Part shown: positions 24,898 to 32,000 of the stretch, in pieces | How the letters are laid out: the number at the start of each line of letters is the position of its first letter | How positions within the stretch are numbered: position 1 is the stretch's first letter | Source of the DNA: an uncultured Nitrososphaerota archaeon | GTDB lineage: Archaea > Korarchaeota > Korarchaeia > Korarchaeales > Korarchaeaceae | NCBI GenBank assembly: GCA_964480775.1 | Contig: CAYZRF010000016.1 | Location: forward strand, 8,929 to 40,928 | DNA: 32,000 nucleotides | Direction: 5' to 3' | Translations under genes and position numbers: made by a program | The notes under the pieces: generated by a model | What the model was told of the DNA's origin: nothing | Seen by the model: only the letters and a program-made list of their open reading frames with translations | Databases searched by the model: none

Positions 24898-26256
24898 TTG
24901 ATGCAATCTCCTGAAGGTCCGAGAAGTAAAAAGGTTGTTGAGAGAGATAGTAAGGTTTTCTCACCCGCTGACAGAATAAGATATTACTCCTTAGTTGTCT
25001 CAAAGGCAGAAGGCTCTAAGATCTGGGATGCAGATGGAAGAGAATACATAGATTTCCTTTCAGGTGCGGCCGTTACGAATACTGGACATAGACATCCTAA
25101 AGTGGTTGAAGCTATAAGAAAACAGCTTGACAGGTTTATTCATGGCTGTTCTATTTACATGTATTATGAAGAGGTTGTTAAACTTGCAGAAAAACTTACA
25201 GAGATCACTCCAGGAGACTTCCCAAAGAAGGTCGCATTTGGTTTAAGTGGTTCCGACTCAAACGATGGAGCCATTAAGTTGGCCCGAACAGCTACCGGAA
25301 GAACAAAAATAATGTCATTCATAGGGTCCTATCATGGGACTACTTTTGGAGCTCTAAGTGCTTCAGCCATTTCTCTGAGGATGAGAAGGAAGGTGGGTCC
25401 ATTACTTCCAGAATTCTACCACGTTCCTTTTCCAGATTGTTACAGATGTTACTTTGGACACGAGCCACCTTGCAATATGCAGTGCCTTAAATACATTGAG
25501 ACACTTTTTGACATGTTTATACCTCCAGAAGAGGTAGCAGCAATACTTTTTGAGCCCATTCAAGGAGATGCTGGAATTATAGTCCCTCCAGATAGTTTCC
25601 TCCCGAGACTGCAAGATATATGCAAAAAACACGGAATTTTATTCATCGACGAAGAGGTCCAGACAGGCTTCGCTAGAACTGGTAAGATGTTTGCTGTAGA
25701 ACACTGGAACTTAAGCCCAGATGTAATTCTCTTAGCAAAGGCAATTGCCTCAGGAATGCCTCTAAGTGCTGTGGTGGCTAAAGCAGATCTTATGAAGTGG
25801 GAGGCTCCCCTAAACTTCTTCACAACTCAAGCCAATCCCCTGTCCTGCGTGGCAAGTTTAGCTACAATTGAGGTGATACAGGAAGAAAGACTTGCACAAA
25901 GAGCTGAAAAGCTAGGAAGGAAGGTCATGGAACATTTCAACAGCCTAAAAAAGGAACACAAATTAATAGGAGATGTAAGAGGAAAAGGTCTTCTGATAGG
26001 TATCGACTTGGTCAAGGATAGAGAAAGCAAGGAGCCAGATAGAAAAGCAGCTCTTAAGATATGCTGGAGGTCCTGGGAAAACGGATTGGTTTTAGCTACA
26101 TTAGGAAGATTCGGAAATGTCCTAAGAATAGCGCCTCCTCTTACAATTAGAGAAGAAGAACTTGAAAAGGCCCTAGAAATAATAGATAATGCAATTTCAG
26201 ACGTGGAAAAGGGTAAAGTCCCAGATAATGTTCTTAAGCAAATGGGGGGCTGGTAA
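24898..26256 (+). CDS. Class-III (fold-type I) PLP enzyme, GABA/ornithine aminotransferase family; could be an aminotransferase or an amino-acid racemase
   Basis: 452 aa (TTG 24898, or more likely ATG 24901). GLSGSDSNDGAIKLAR, FEPIQGDAGIIVPP, DEEVQTGFARTGKMFA, and the PLP-Lys context VILLAKAIASGMPLSAV. Also carries an unusual four-Cys patch, PDCYRCYFGHEPPCNMQC. Confidence 0.85.
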   Translation: MMQSPEGPRSKKVVERDSKVFSPADRIRYYSLVVSKAEGSKIWDADGREYIDFLSGAAVTNTGHRHPKVVEAIRKQLDRFIHGCSIYMYYEEVVKLAEKLTEITPGDFPKKVAFGLSGSDSNDGAIKLARTATGRTKIMSFIGSYHGTTFGALSASAISLRMRRKVGPLLPEFYHVPFPDCYRCYFGHEPPCNMQCLKYIETLFDMFIPPEEVAAILFEPIQGDAGIIVPPDSFLPRLQDICKKHGILFIDEEVQTGFARTGKMFAVEHWNLSPDVILLAKAIASGMPLSAVVAKADLMKWEAPLNFFTTQANPLSCVASLATIEVIQEERLAQRAEKLGRKVMEHFNSLKKEHKLIGDVRGKGLLIGIDLVKDRESKEPDRKAALKICWRSWENGLVLATLGRFGNVLRIAPPLTIREEELEKALEIIDNAISDVEKGKVPDNVLKQMGGW

Positions 26257-26706
26257 ATGATAACTCCAGAATTCTTTGATTTGGAACTCTATGCAATTTA
26301 TAAGGCTATATTTGAGCTCATAGGAGAAAGAGCTTGGGATGTTGTTTGGAGATCGGGCGAGATTATAGTTAATGAACTCTGGGAGAAATTGAAGCTAGAA
26401 GAAGCTGATGTGTTTGAAAGTCTCAGAAAACTAGCTTCTTTTCTCAGCTCTTCTGGCTATGTCAAGGAGATAAAGGTTGAAAAGAAAGGAGAAAACATGG
26501 TAGAGTACATAATGTACGAACCTGTTATAGCTGAAGGCGCAAGGAGACTCATAAAGGAAGGGATGGTACCGCCGCACGTCTCAACCAGTTTGATGTTTGC
26601 TATCTTGAAGAGAAAAGGATATAGGGCTGAGATGGTAGGAGAGCCTGAATTCTTGAAAGATGGAAGGGTTGTTGAGAAATGGAAGCTAATACGCATTCAG
26701 GAGTAG
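26257..26706 (+). CDS. Hypothetical 149-aa cytosolic protein (weak resemblance to V4R-type small-ligand-binding domains)
   Basis: The ATG directly abuts the upstream TAA (26254-26256), and the 3' end overlaps the next gene by 28 nt. No TM segment and no Cys. The helical N-half followed by a beta-rich half (VKEIKVEKKGENMVEYIMYEP ... GRVVEKWKLIRI) is only loosely reminiscent of V4R domains. Codon usage looks the same as its neighbours. Confidence 0.5.
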   Translation: MITPEFFDLELYAIYKAIFELIGERAWDVVWRSGEIIVNELWEKLKLEEADVFESLRKLASFLSSSGYVKEIKVEKKGENMVEYIMYEPVIAEGARRLIKEGMVPPHVSTSLMFAILKRKGYRAEMVGEPEFLKDGRVVEKWKLIRIQE

Positions 26707-27944
26707 AAAAAAAGGATCCGAGAAGCTATTTCACTCATCTAAAATGTCTAAGCTGCGGAGCAACCTATGGGAAAGAGGAAATTTATCTCTGTCCAAGATG
26801 TGGCGGCTTCTTAGACCCAAAATATGACTACGACGGAATAGCAGAAGCATTTCGTATTGAGGATCTCCCCTTTAGAGAAAGAAGTATGTGGAAATGGAGG
26901 GAATTCATGCCAGTTGATAGGCCAGTAAGTCTAGGGGAAGGAGACACTCCTCTAATAAAATGCGAGAGGATCAACGAAGAAGTTGGTGTAAGAAACCTTT
27001 ACCTGAAGGATGAGACAGTTAATCCAACAGGCTCCTTAAAGGACAGATCCACATCTGTAAACGTAAGTGTTGCAAGAGAGTTAGGAGTAGAAACTGTTGC
27101 CATAATATCTACGGGAAATGCTGCAGCATCTCTGGCAGCATATGCTGCAAGAGCTGGTCTGAGGGCAGTGGTTATGGTGCCTGAAACAACTCCAGACGCG
27201 AAAGTCGCCCAAGCTTTGGTTCATGGAGCTCTCGTCTTGAAGATTAGGGCAGGATCCATGGCCGAGTTTTATGAGCTATATGAGGAGGCATGCTCGAATT
27301 TCGGCTGGATGAACTCTGTTGGTGGGGTTAATCCCTACAGAAACGAGGGTAAAAAGACTTATGCGTATGAACTGAGCGAAGCTTTCGATTGGGATCCTCC
27401 TGATTGGTTCATCATGCCAATGGCTGGTGGAAACGCTTTGATAGCTGCATGGAAGGGGTTCAAGGAACTTTTGTCCCTCGGGCTCATCTCAAAGGCACCA
27501 AAGCTGGTAGGGGTCCAACCAAAAGAGTGTGCATCGACCGTTAAGGCCTTTAGAGAAGGCAAAGAGGTTGCAAGTCCGATATTACCAGGTAAGACCATAG
27601 TTACAAGCTTACTTGTCTCGAATCCTGGACCAAAAAGCGCTTTGGTTCTCAAAGCAATTAGGGAATCAAATGGTACATGCGATGATCCGTCTGATGAAGA
27701 AGTCCTAGAGGCCATGAAGTTACTTGCTAAAGAGGGAGTATTCTCAGAACCTGGAGGGGCAATAAGCTTGGCGGCAGCAAAGAGGCTCCTGGACCAAGGG
27801 GTAATAGACCTATCCGAGAGAGTTGTATGTCTAGTGACAGGAAGCGGCTTTAAGGACATGAAATCGGTTAAAAACATCTTGATTAAGCCCATTTTGGCTG
27901 AACCTACTCTAGATTCCATTGAAAAGGCCATAAGGGGCCGATGA
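26679..27944 (+). CDS. Threonine-synthase-like fold-type II PLP enzyme with N-terminal zinc ribbon
   Basis: 421 aa. CLSCGATYGKEEIYLCPRCGG zinc ribbon, EGDTPLIK, PLP-Lys motif NPTGSLKDRS (canonical short ThrC has SFKDRG), STGNAAASLAAYAARAGL, NPYRNEGKKTYAYEL, LVTGSGFKD. Overall ThrC architecture is present, but several motifs are diverged. Confidence 0.75.
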   Translation: MEANTHSGVEKKDPRSYFTHLKCLSCGATYGKEEIYLCPRCGGFLDPKYDYDGIAEAFRIEDLPFRERSMWKWREFMPVDRPVSLGEGDTPLIKCERINEEVGVRNLYLKDETVNPTGSLKDRSTSVNVSVARELGVETVAIISTGNAAASLAAYAARAGLRAVVMVPETTPDAKVAQALVHGALVLKIRAGSMAEFYELYEEACSNFGWMNSVGGVNPYRNEGKKTYAYELSEAFDWDPPDWFIMPMAGGNALIAAWKGFKELLSLGLISKAPKLVGVQPKECASTVKAFREGKEVASPILPGKTIVTSLLVSNPGPKSALVLKAIRESNGTCDDPSDEEVLEAMKLLAKEGVFSEPGGAISLAAAKRLLDQGVIDLSERVVCLVTGSGFKDMKSVKNILIKPILAEPTLDSIEKAIRGR

Positions 27945-28041
27945 ACTCTCTAATGAATAACTATCGAGATCATGTTCAGAAATAATACCCATTAGCACTA
28001 CTAATTGCATGTTAATATGGCAGCATAGAATGAACTGATCT

Positions 28042-29031
28042 CTAAGAAACTGCTTCCTCTTCGATTATGAGTTTCCTAGATTCTGCATCAAGCATAGCTC
28101 TGCATCCCATTGGGAGAGTAAGCCTATAAGTGCCATGTCCACAAGCCACTCCATAGATAGAAGGTTTATTTGAGAGCTTTTCCCATAAGACTTCCTCTAT
28201 CGATGGACCAGTCCTCTTAAGGATGTTTGTGAACTCTCCAACTACGAAACCAGCCGCTTTCTTGATTATTCCCCCAAGTTCGAGCTGAGTAAGATAGCGA
28301 TGGACCCTATATGGCGCCTCGTCTACGTCCTCTATCACAACTATTCTGTTCATAGCTTCGATCTGATATGGAGTCCCCATTAACGAAGAGATCAACGTTA
28401 GATTTCCTCCTATAAGAGCCCCTTTTGCTACTCCATCGCCAATCGTTTGAATGTAGGGAGCGCCATAAGGGTTATTTATCTCTCCAATTGGTTCGGGATG
28501 GCTAAGAACATCAAGCAAGTGTTCTAGGTTACCCTTAGCTTGCTCAGGTCTTTCAACCCATAGAATATCCCCTATCATTGGCCCATGAAACGTTATGAGG
28601 TTTGAAAGCTGATTAAATGCTATCAAAAGAACGGTGATATCGCTGAAGCCCACAAAAGGCCTTGGATTTTCCTTTATCAGATCGTAATCCAGCAGGTCGA
28701 GGAGTTCCATACACCCATATCCGCCTCTTGCGGATATGATGGCTCCTATTTCCTCATTCTCAAACATGTCCATCAGCTCTTTCGCTCGTTCCTTAGCTTT
28801 AGCTGAGAAGAAGCCTGTCTTGGCGAGTTTCTTTAAGTTTCTTCCTGGAACTACCTCATGACCAAGCCTTCTAAGTTCTTCTATTCCTCTTTTCACTGCT
28901 ACTAGATCCGCCGCACCAGCCGGACATACAATTCCGATTTTAGCCCCTTTCCTAAGTCTTGGAGGTCTTATCAACTTTCGCCAAAAGGACATGTCTTTAA
29001 CCCTTATATTCTTATGGAGAAAGAGAGACAA
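28042..29031 (-). CDS. LD-carboxypeptidase (peptidase S66, LdcA/MccF-like)
   Basis: 329 aa from TTG 29031. ATG 28992 (MSFWRKLIRPPRLRKGAKIGIVCPAG) is a plausible alternative start. KIGIVCPAG, ISARGGYG, the nucleophile motif VGFSDITVL, the acidic VIEDVDE, and CGHG near the C-terminus reproduce the S66 Ser-Glu-His layout. Confidence 0.8.
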   Translation of the reverse strand: MSLFLHKNIRVKDMSFWRKLIRPPRLRKGAKIGIVCPAGAADLVAVKRGIEELRRLGHEVVPGRNLKKLAKTGFFSAKAKERAKELMDMFENEEIGAIISARGGYGCMELLDLLDYDLIKENPRPFVGFSDITVLLIAFNQLSNLITFHGPMIGDILWVERPEQAKGNLEHLLDVLSHPEPIGEINNPYGAPYIQTIGDGVAKGALIGGNLTLISSLMGTPYQIEAMNRIVVIEDVDEAPYRVHRYLTQLELGGIIKKAAGFVVGEFTNILKRTGPSIEEVLWEKLSNKPSIYGVACGHGTYRLTLPMGCRAMLDAESRKLIIEEEAVS

Positions 29032-29040
29032 TGAAGGAAT

Positions 29041-30342
29041 ATGGAGAGAAAACCGTTAGATGGAAGAGACAACTTTAGCATGAATGAGCGAGGTCATCTT
29101 TGCATGCGTGAACATGATTTAGTAGATCTCGCTGATCGTTTTGGGACCCCCCTCTATGTGGTTGATGCACAGAGAATAAGGGAAAATTATAGGAGGTTTA
29201 AGAAAGCTTTCAGCTCTTATCCACGAGTTCTCATTGCATATGCATATAAAGCAAACTCTAATTTAGCGGTATGCTCTATCCTCAAAAAAGAGGGAGCTGG
29301 AGCAGATGTGGTTTCGGGAGGGGAGCTATTTATAGCTCTATCTATTGGAGTGGACCCGGAGAATATAGTTTTCGATGGGGTGAGCAAAGGCGAAGATGAG
29401 CTACGGATGGCGATTGAGAACGGGATTGGGGCAATAAATGTTGAATCACTACAAGAACTTAGAAAAATCGAATCCATAGCAGCAGAACTTGGGAGAATAG
29501 CGAATATAGGCATAAGACTGAATCCTGATGTACCAGCTGAGACTCACCCTCATGACGTTACGGGGGTAAAATCATCAAAGTTTGGATTGGACTTTGAAAA
29601 TGCACTCAAGGCATGTGAGATAGCAAAGGGGATGGAACATGTTAAGATTAAGGGAATTCACATTCATATAGGTTCACAGATTACGCAAGTTGACTCTTTT
29701 AGGAGAGCAGTTTCAAAGCTCTTCGACTTCGCATCTAAACTATGGGAGAAGGGCATAAAACTAGATTACTTGGACTTTGGAGGCGGAGTTGGGATAACCT
29801 ATACAGGTTCCAGAAAAGACTATATCGAGGAATATGCGGATGCTTTGTTGGAAATAACTCTAAGTAAGATAGAGGAACTCAACCTTGGAGAGCCTAAACT
29901 TATTTTTGAGCCAGGAAGATACATTGTAGCTGACTCTTCTATCCTTCTGACAGGAATAAACTACGTAAAGGAAATCTTTGGGAAAAAATGGGTTCTCGTA
30001 GATGCTGGGATGAATGATTTCATTAGGCCTGCCATGTATGGTGCAGTTCATGAGATAGTATCGGTTAACAAGCCTGAAGGAGGAGAAAAAAGATATAATG
30101 TGGGAGGTCCTGTCTGTGAGAGTTCTGATGTCTTTGGAAGAGGCGTAAAGCTTCCAGAAATGGAAGTTGATGATCTTCTAGCGATCCTTGACGTTGGAGC
30201 TTATGGAATCTGCATGTCTAGTCAGTATAACTCAAGACCAAGACCAGCTATGGTCCTAGTTGACGGTTCTAAGGTTAGCGTAGTTAGAGAGAGGGAAACG
30301 TATGAAGATTTAATATCAAAAGACAGAATACCTGATGACTGA
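29041..30342 (+). CDS. lysA: Diaminopimelate decarboxylase
   Basis: 433 aa. FGTPLYVVD, PLP-Lys in YAYKANSN, HIHIGSQI, DFGGGVGITY, EPGRYIVADS, GPVCESSDVF and DVGAYGICMSSQYNSRPRPA are the canonical LysA (fold-type III) motifs. The start could also be the ATG at 29080. Confidence 0.9.
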   Translation: MERKPLDGRDNFSMNERGHLCMREHDLVDLADRFGTPLYVVDAQRIRENYRRFKKAFSSYPRVLIAYAYKANSNLAVCSILKKEGAGADVVSGGELFIALSIGVDPENIVFDGVSKGEDELRMAIENGIGAINVESLQELRKIESIAAELGRIANIGIRLNPDVPAETHPHDVTGVKSSKFGLDFENALKACEIAKGMEHVKIKGIHIHIGSQITQVDSFRRAVSKLFDFASKLWEKGIKLDYLDFGGGVGITYTGSRKDYIEEYADALLEITLSKIEELNLGEPKLIFEPGRYIVADSSILLTGINYVKEIFGKKWVLVDAGMNDFIRPAMYGAVHEIVSVNKPEGGEKRYNVGGPVCESSDVFGRGVKLPEMEVDDLLAILDVGAYGICMSSQYNSRPRPAMVLVDGSKVSVVRERETYEDLISKDRIPDD

Positions 30343-30454
30343 ACTCAAATTTCAATACAGCATGCATCTTAACACAGGCATAAGACTTTCATGAGACGTC
30401 TATGTTAAAAAGTCATTGTTAGGCTTTGTGAAAGAATCTCATTTGACTAAAACG

Positions 30455-30793
30455 TTAGCGAACTAGCTTGTAGAGTGAAGTTATAGCATAAGATAATATC
30501 GTCGCAGCTGACACATCAAATATAGGTCTTAATAAAAGCATAAGATCTTCTCCTATCCCTCCTAGGAGCCATAAAAAGCTAATAATCCTACCTAATGCAA
30601 ATAAAATGAAACTCATTGTCATTAAAATTAACATTCCAATGGTTTCCTTCTTTCTAAGGAATATCTTGGCAGTTGCATATTTTCTATTAGAATGGAGCAA
30701 CATGTACAGTTTGATCATGAAGCAAAGGGCTACAATACCAGCTAAACCACCTATGGCGGTCATGAAAACCAGATATGCTTGTAAAGATAGCAA
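30455..30793 (-). CDS. Small 3-TM membrane protein, paralog of the upstream gene
   Basis: 112 aa with three hydrophobic segments. Shares the ...(R/K)..(A/S)AKIFL... loop and spacing with the 111-aa neighbour. Only a 4-nt spacer to the upstream gene. Confidence 0.5.
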   Translation of the reverse strand: MLSLQAYLVFMTAIGGLAGIVALCFMIKLYMLLHSNRKYATAKIFLRKKETIGMLILMTMSFILFALGRIISFLWLLGGIGEDLMLLLRPIFDVSAATILSYAITSLYKLVR

Positions 30794-30797
30794 GCTT

Positions 30798-31133
30798 TTA
30801 ACCCCCTAGGATTCGATTAAACTCATAGATAGTTATGGATAAGGATACAAGTCCTCCTATCAAAAAAATTCCACCGATAATCCTAAAAACTTCCATTTCT
30901 AATATGAGATAAATTCCAACAAGTCCGGATCCTACAAGACTTAGCACCAAAAAACACAACATACCTAGTATAATATGCGAAAACAATATATCTTCGAGAA
31001 ATATCTTGGCAGCTGATAGTTCTCTCTTAGAAAGCTTATTTAACAAGCTGAAAGAACAGAATAAGAGGAATATGCTTAAGCAGATAAACACTCCTTCTCT
31101 TATTAAGGCAAAAGTGTCCAACATATTGGCCAT
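30798..31133 (-). CDS. Small 3-TM membrane protein, paralog of the downstream gene
   Basis: 111 aa with three hydrophobic segments. The 13-nt identity AATATCTTGGCAG at 31000-31012 and 30660-30672 (340 nt apart, about one gene length) marks a tandem duplication. Confidence 0.5.
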   Translation of the reverse strand: MANMLDTFALIREGVFICLSIFLLFCSFSLLNKLSKRELSAAKIFLEDILFSHIILGMLCFLVLSLVGSGLVGIYLILEMEVFRIIGGIFLIGGLVSLSITIYEFNRILGG

Positions 31134-31497
31134 CGCCTCATGTAAATGAACTCTATGAATTCCTTTTTAAATAAGTTTGTGTAAGAGTTGAACTGCTAAA
31201 AGTACAACGAACTGAGATATTCGCGCCGAAATTGCTCTTAAAACCGATATAGAGGAATAATTTAGATAACGCAGAGCCCTTATTCGTAAGATCTTATAAA
31301 CAGCAAAAAAGCATTTTAAATGAAGAACGAAATTTCTGATTTTAGAAAGAAAAAAGCACCTTACTTACAAGTTCGAATGTCGGTATAAGTGATGCATTCT
31401 CAAATCGAAGATTATTGGCTTCAGGTATATGGTATCCCTAATTATAACTAGGCAACCATGGCATAATCTAGGGGCTACAAAATTTGTGGTGGTTTAA

Positions 31498-32000
31498 TTG
31501 ATAAAATCCTATGATGTTGGGAGCTTGCCATTCTCAGGTGATTTTGAAAAGTTCATAGAAGGAGCAAAAAGCGGACCAGGTAGCGAATCATGGTTGTACT
31601 TCGAGCAGAAAGTAGAAGAAGGGCTTTTGGCAAAAATAAAGGCTGGGATAGATATTCCAAATTTTCCTCAATTTAGAGACATGACAGAGATGTTTTTGAG
31701 GGTTTTAGATGGCATTCAAAGATCTGAGAAGGGATATACTGTAATCGGGCAATTGAAGGTTAAGAACGATAAACTCATAATTCCAGAAGTCGAGGCCATC
31801 AAGAGAAAGGCAAGTGAACTTTATGGCGAAGTGGGTAAACCAATAGAACTTAAAGTATGTATCACTGGTCCATACACCCTTTCTACGGTTTTTTCACCTG
31901 AAGTAGATCGTGGTTGGCTTATAGAGCAGCTGGGGCATGTACTGGCTGAAATAGCTGGAGCAAATGTCTTTAGGAGTAAGAAGATAGGAGTAAAGATAGT
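31498..32000 (+). CDS. MetE-like (cobalamin-independent methionine synthase / UROD-MetE superfamily) protein, 3' end outside window
   Basis: Not in the supplied ORF track because it has no stop within the window. My own translation from TTG 31498 (in-frame TAA at 31495-31497, GTGGTGG at 31486-31492) gives LIKSYDVGSLPFSGDFEKFIEGAKSGPGSESWLYFEQKVEEGLLAKIKAGIDIPNFPQFRDM...LKVCITGPYTL..., open to nt 32000. The (S/T)..GS(L/F)P and ITGP.TL motifs recall short archaeal MetE-like proteins. Confidence 0.4.
   Translation, partial: MIKSYDVGSLPFSGDFEKFIEGAKSGPGSESWLYFEQKVEEGLLAKIKAGIDIPNFPQFRDMTEMFLRVLDGIQRSEKGYTVIGQLKVKNDKLIIPEVEAIKRKASELYGEVGKPIELKVCITGPYTLSTVFSPEVDRGWLIEQLGHVLAEIAGANVFRSKKIGVKI

Noticed and set aside
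29041-30342. Whether the LysA-like gene is really a carboxy(nor)spermidine decarboxylase partnering the saccharopine-dehydrogenase-family gene.
   Set aside because: Its length (433 aa) and the full canonical LysA motif set (YAYKANSN, EPGRYIVADS, CESSD, GAYG..MSSQYNSRPRPA) fit diaminopimelate decarboxylase better. The two genes are also 10 kb apart on opposite strands. I keep it only as a caveat in the dehydrogenase finding.
31320-31339. ATGAAGA ... CTGA, resembling the C box and D' box of an archaeal C/D sRNA in the 360-bp spacer upstream of the MetE-like gene.
   Set aside because: The C box has a mismatch to RUGAUGA. No properly spaced C'/D box pair follows (the nearest UGAUG-like element is about 50 nt away and lacks a terminal CUGA), and there are no terminal complementary ends.
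1-32000. Searched by eye for CRISPR repeats, tRNA/rRNA genes, transposases/integrases, terminal inverted repeats, prophage or defence-system genes, and frameshifted or interrupted genes.
   Set aside because: I found no regularly spaced repeats, no cloverleaf-like GC-rich segments in intergenic DNA, and no ORF with recombinase, nuclease or ATPase defence-type motifs. All recognisable genes appear intact. The absence calls are limited by manual inspection.

Overview
Gene-dense 32-kb stretch with about 29 CDS. By eye I found no rRNA, tRNA, CRISPR array or IS/transposase. It looks like the chromosome of a thermophilic archaeon: Glu/Lys/Ile-rich proteins, AGA/AGG/ATA codon preference, many TTG/GTG starts, GGTGA/GAGGT-type ribosome-binding sites, A/T-rich TATA-like boxes about 25 nt upstream of several ATGs, oligo-T tracts after genes, and membrane-anchored solute-binding proteins. 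I cannot assign a taxon from sequence alone, and my GC estimate (low 40s %) is by eye. The content is almost entirely amino-acid and peptide uptake and processing. It holds a split Liv-type ABC importer (10691-15839) followed by an orphan family-5 binding protein, and a complete Opp/Dpp-type peptide ABC importer (19101-24806). It also holds five amide-bond hydrolases: D-aminoacylase, an M20 deacylase, two further amidohydrolase-superfamily enzymes and an S66 LD-carboxypeptidase. Alongside these sit diaminopimelate epimerase (dapF), diaminopimelate decarboxylase (lysA), a saccharopine-dehydrogenase-family enzyme, and a tightly coupled three-gene operon (class-III aminotransferase-fold enzyme, 149-aa unknown protein, ThrC-like PLP enzyme). 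My main hypothesis is inference only: this is a salvage island for D-amino-acid-containing peptides, specifically murein stem peptides carrying meso-diaminopimelate, in an organism that makes no murein. The competing explanation is that these are scattered late steps of DAP-pathway lysine biosynthesis. Smaller observations: a 71-nt perfectly identical segment shared by the two otherwise diverged Opp ATPase genes (gene-conversion signature), a HicB-like/DinB-like fusion protein, tandem paralogous small 3-TM proteins, an unusually long (about 490 bp) AT-rich non-coding region with recurring TGTTA-type motifs, a palindromic shared TATA element in a 52-bp divergent promoter, and a hairpin plus polypyrimidine attenuator after the Opp binding-protein gene.
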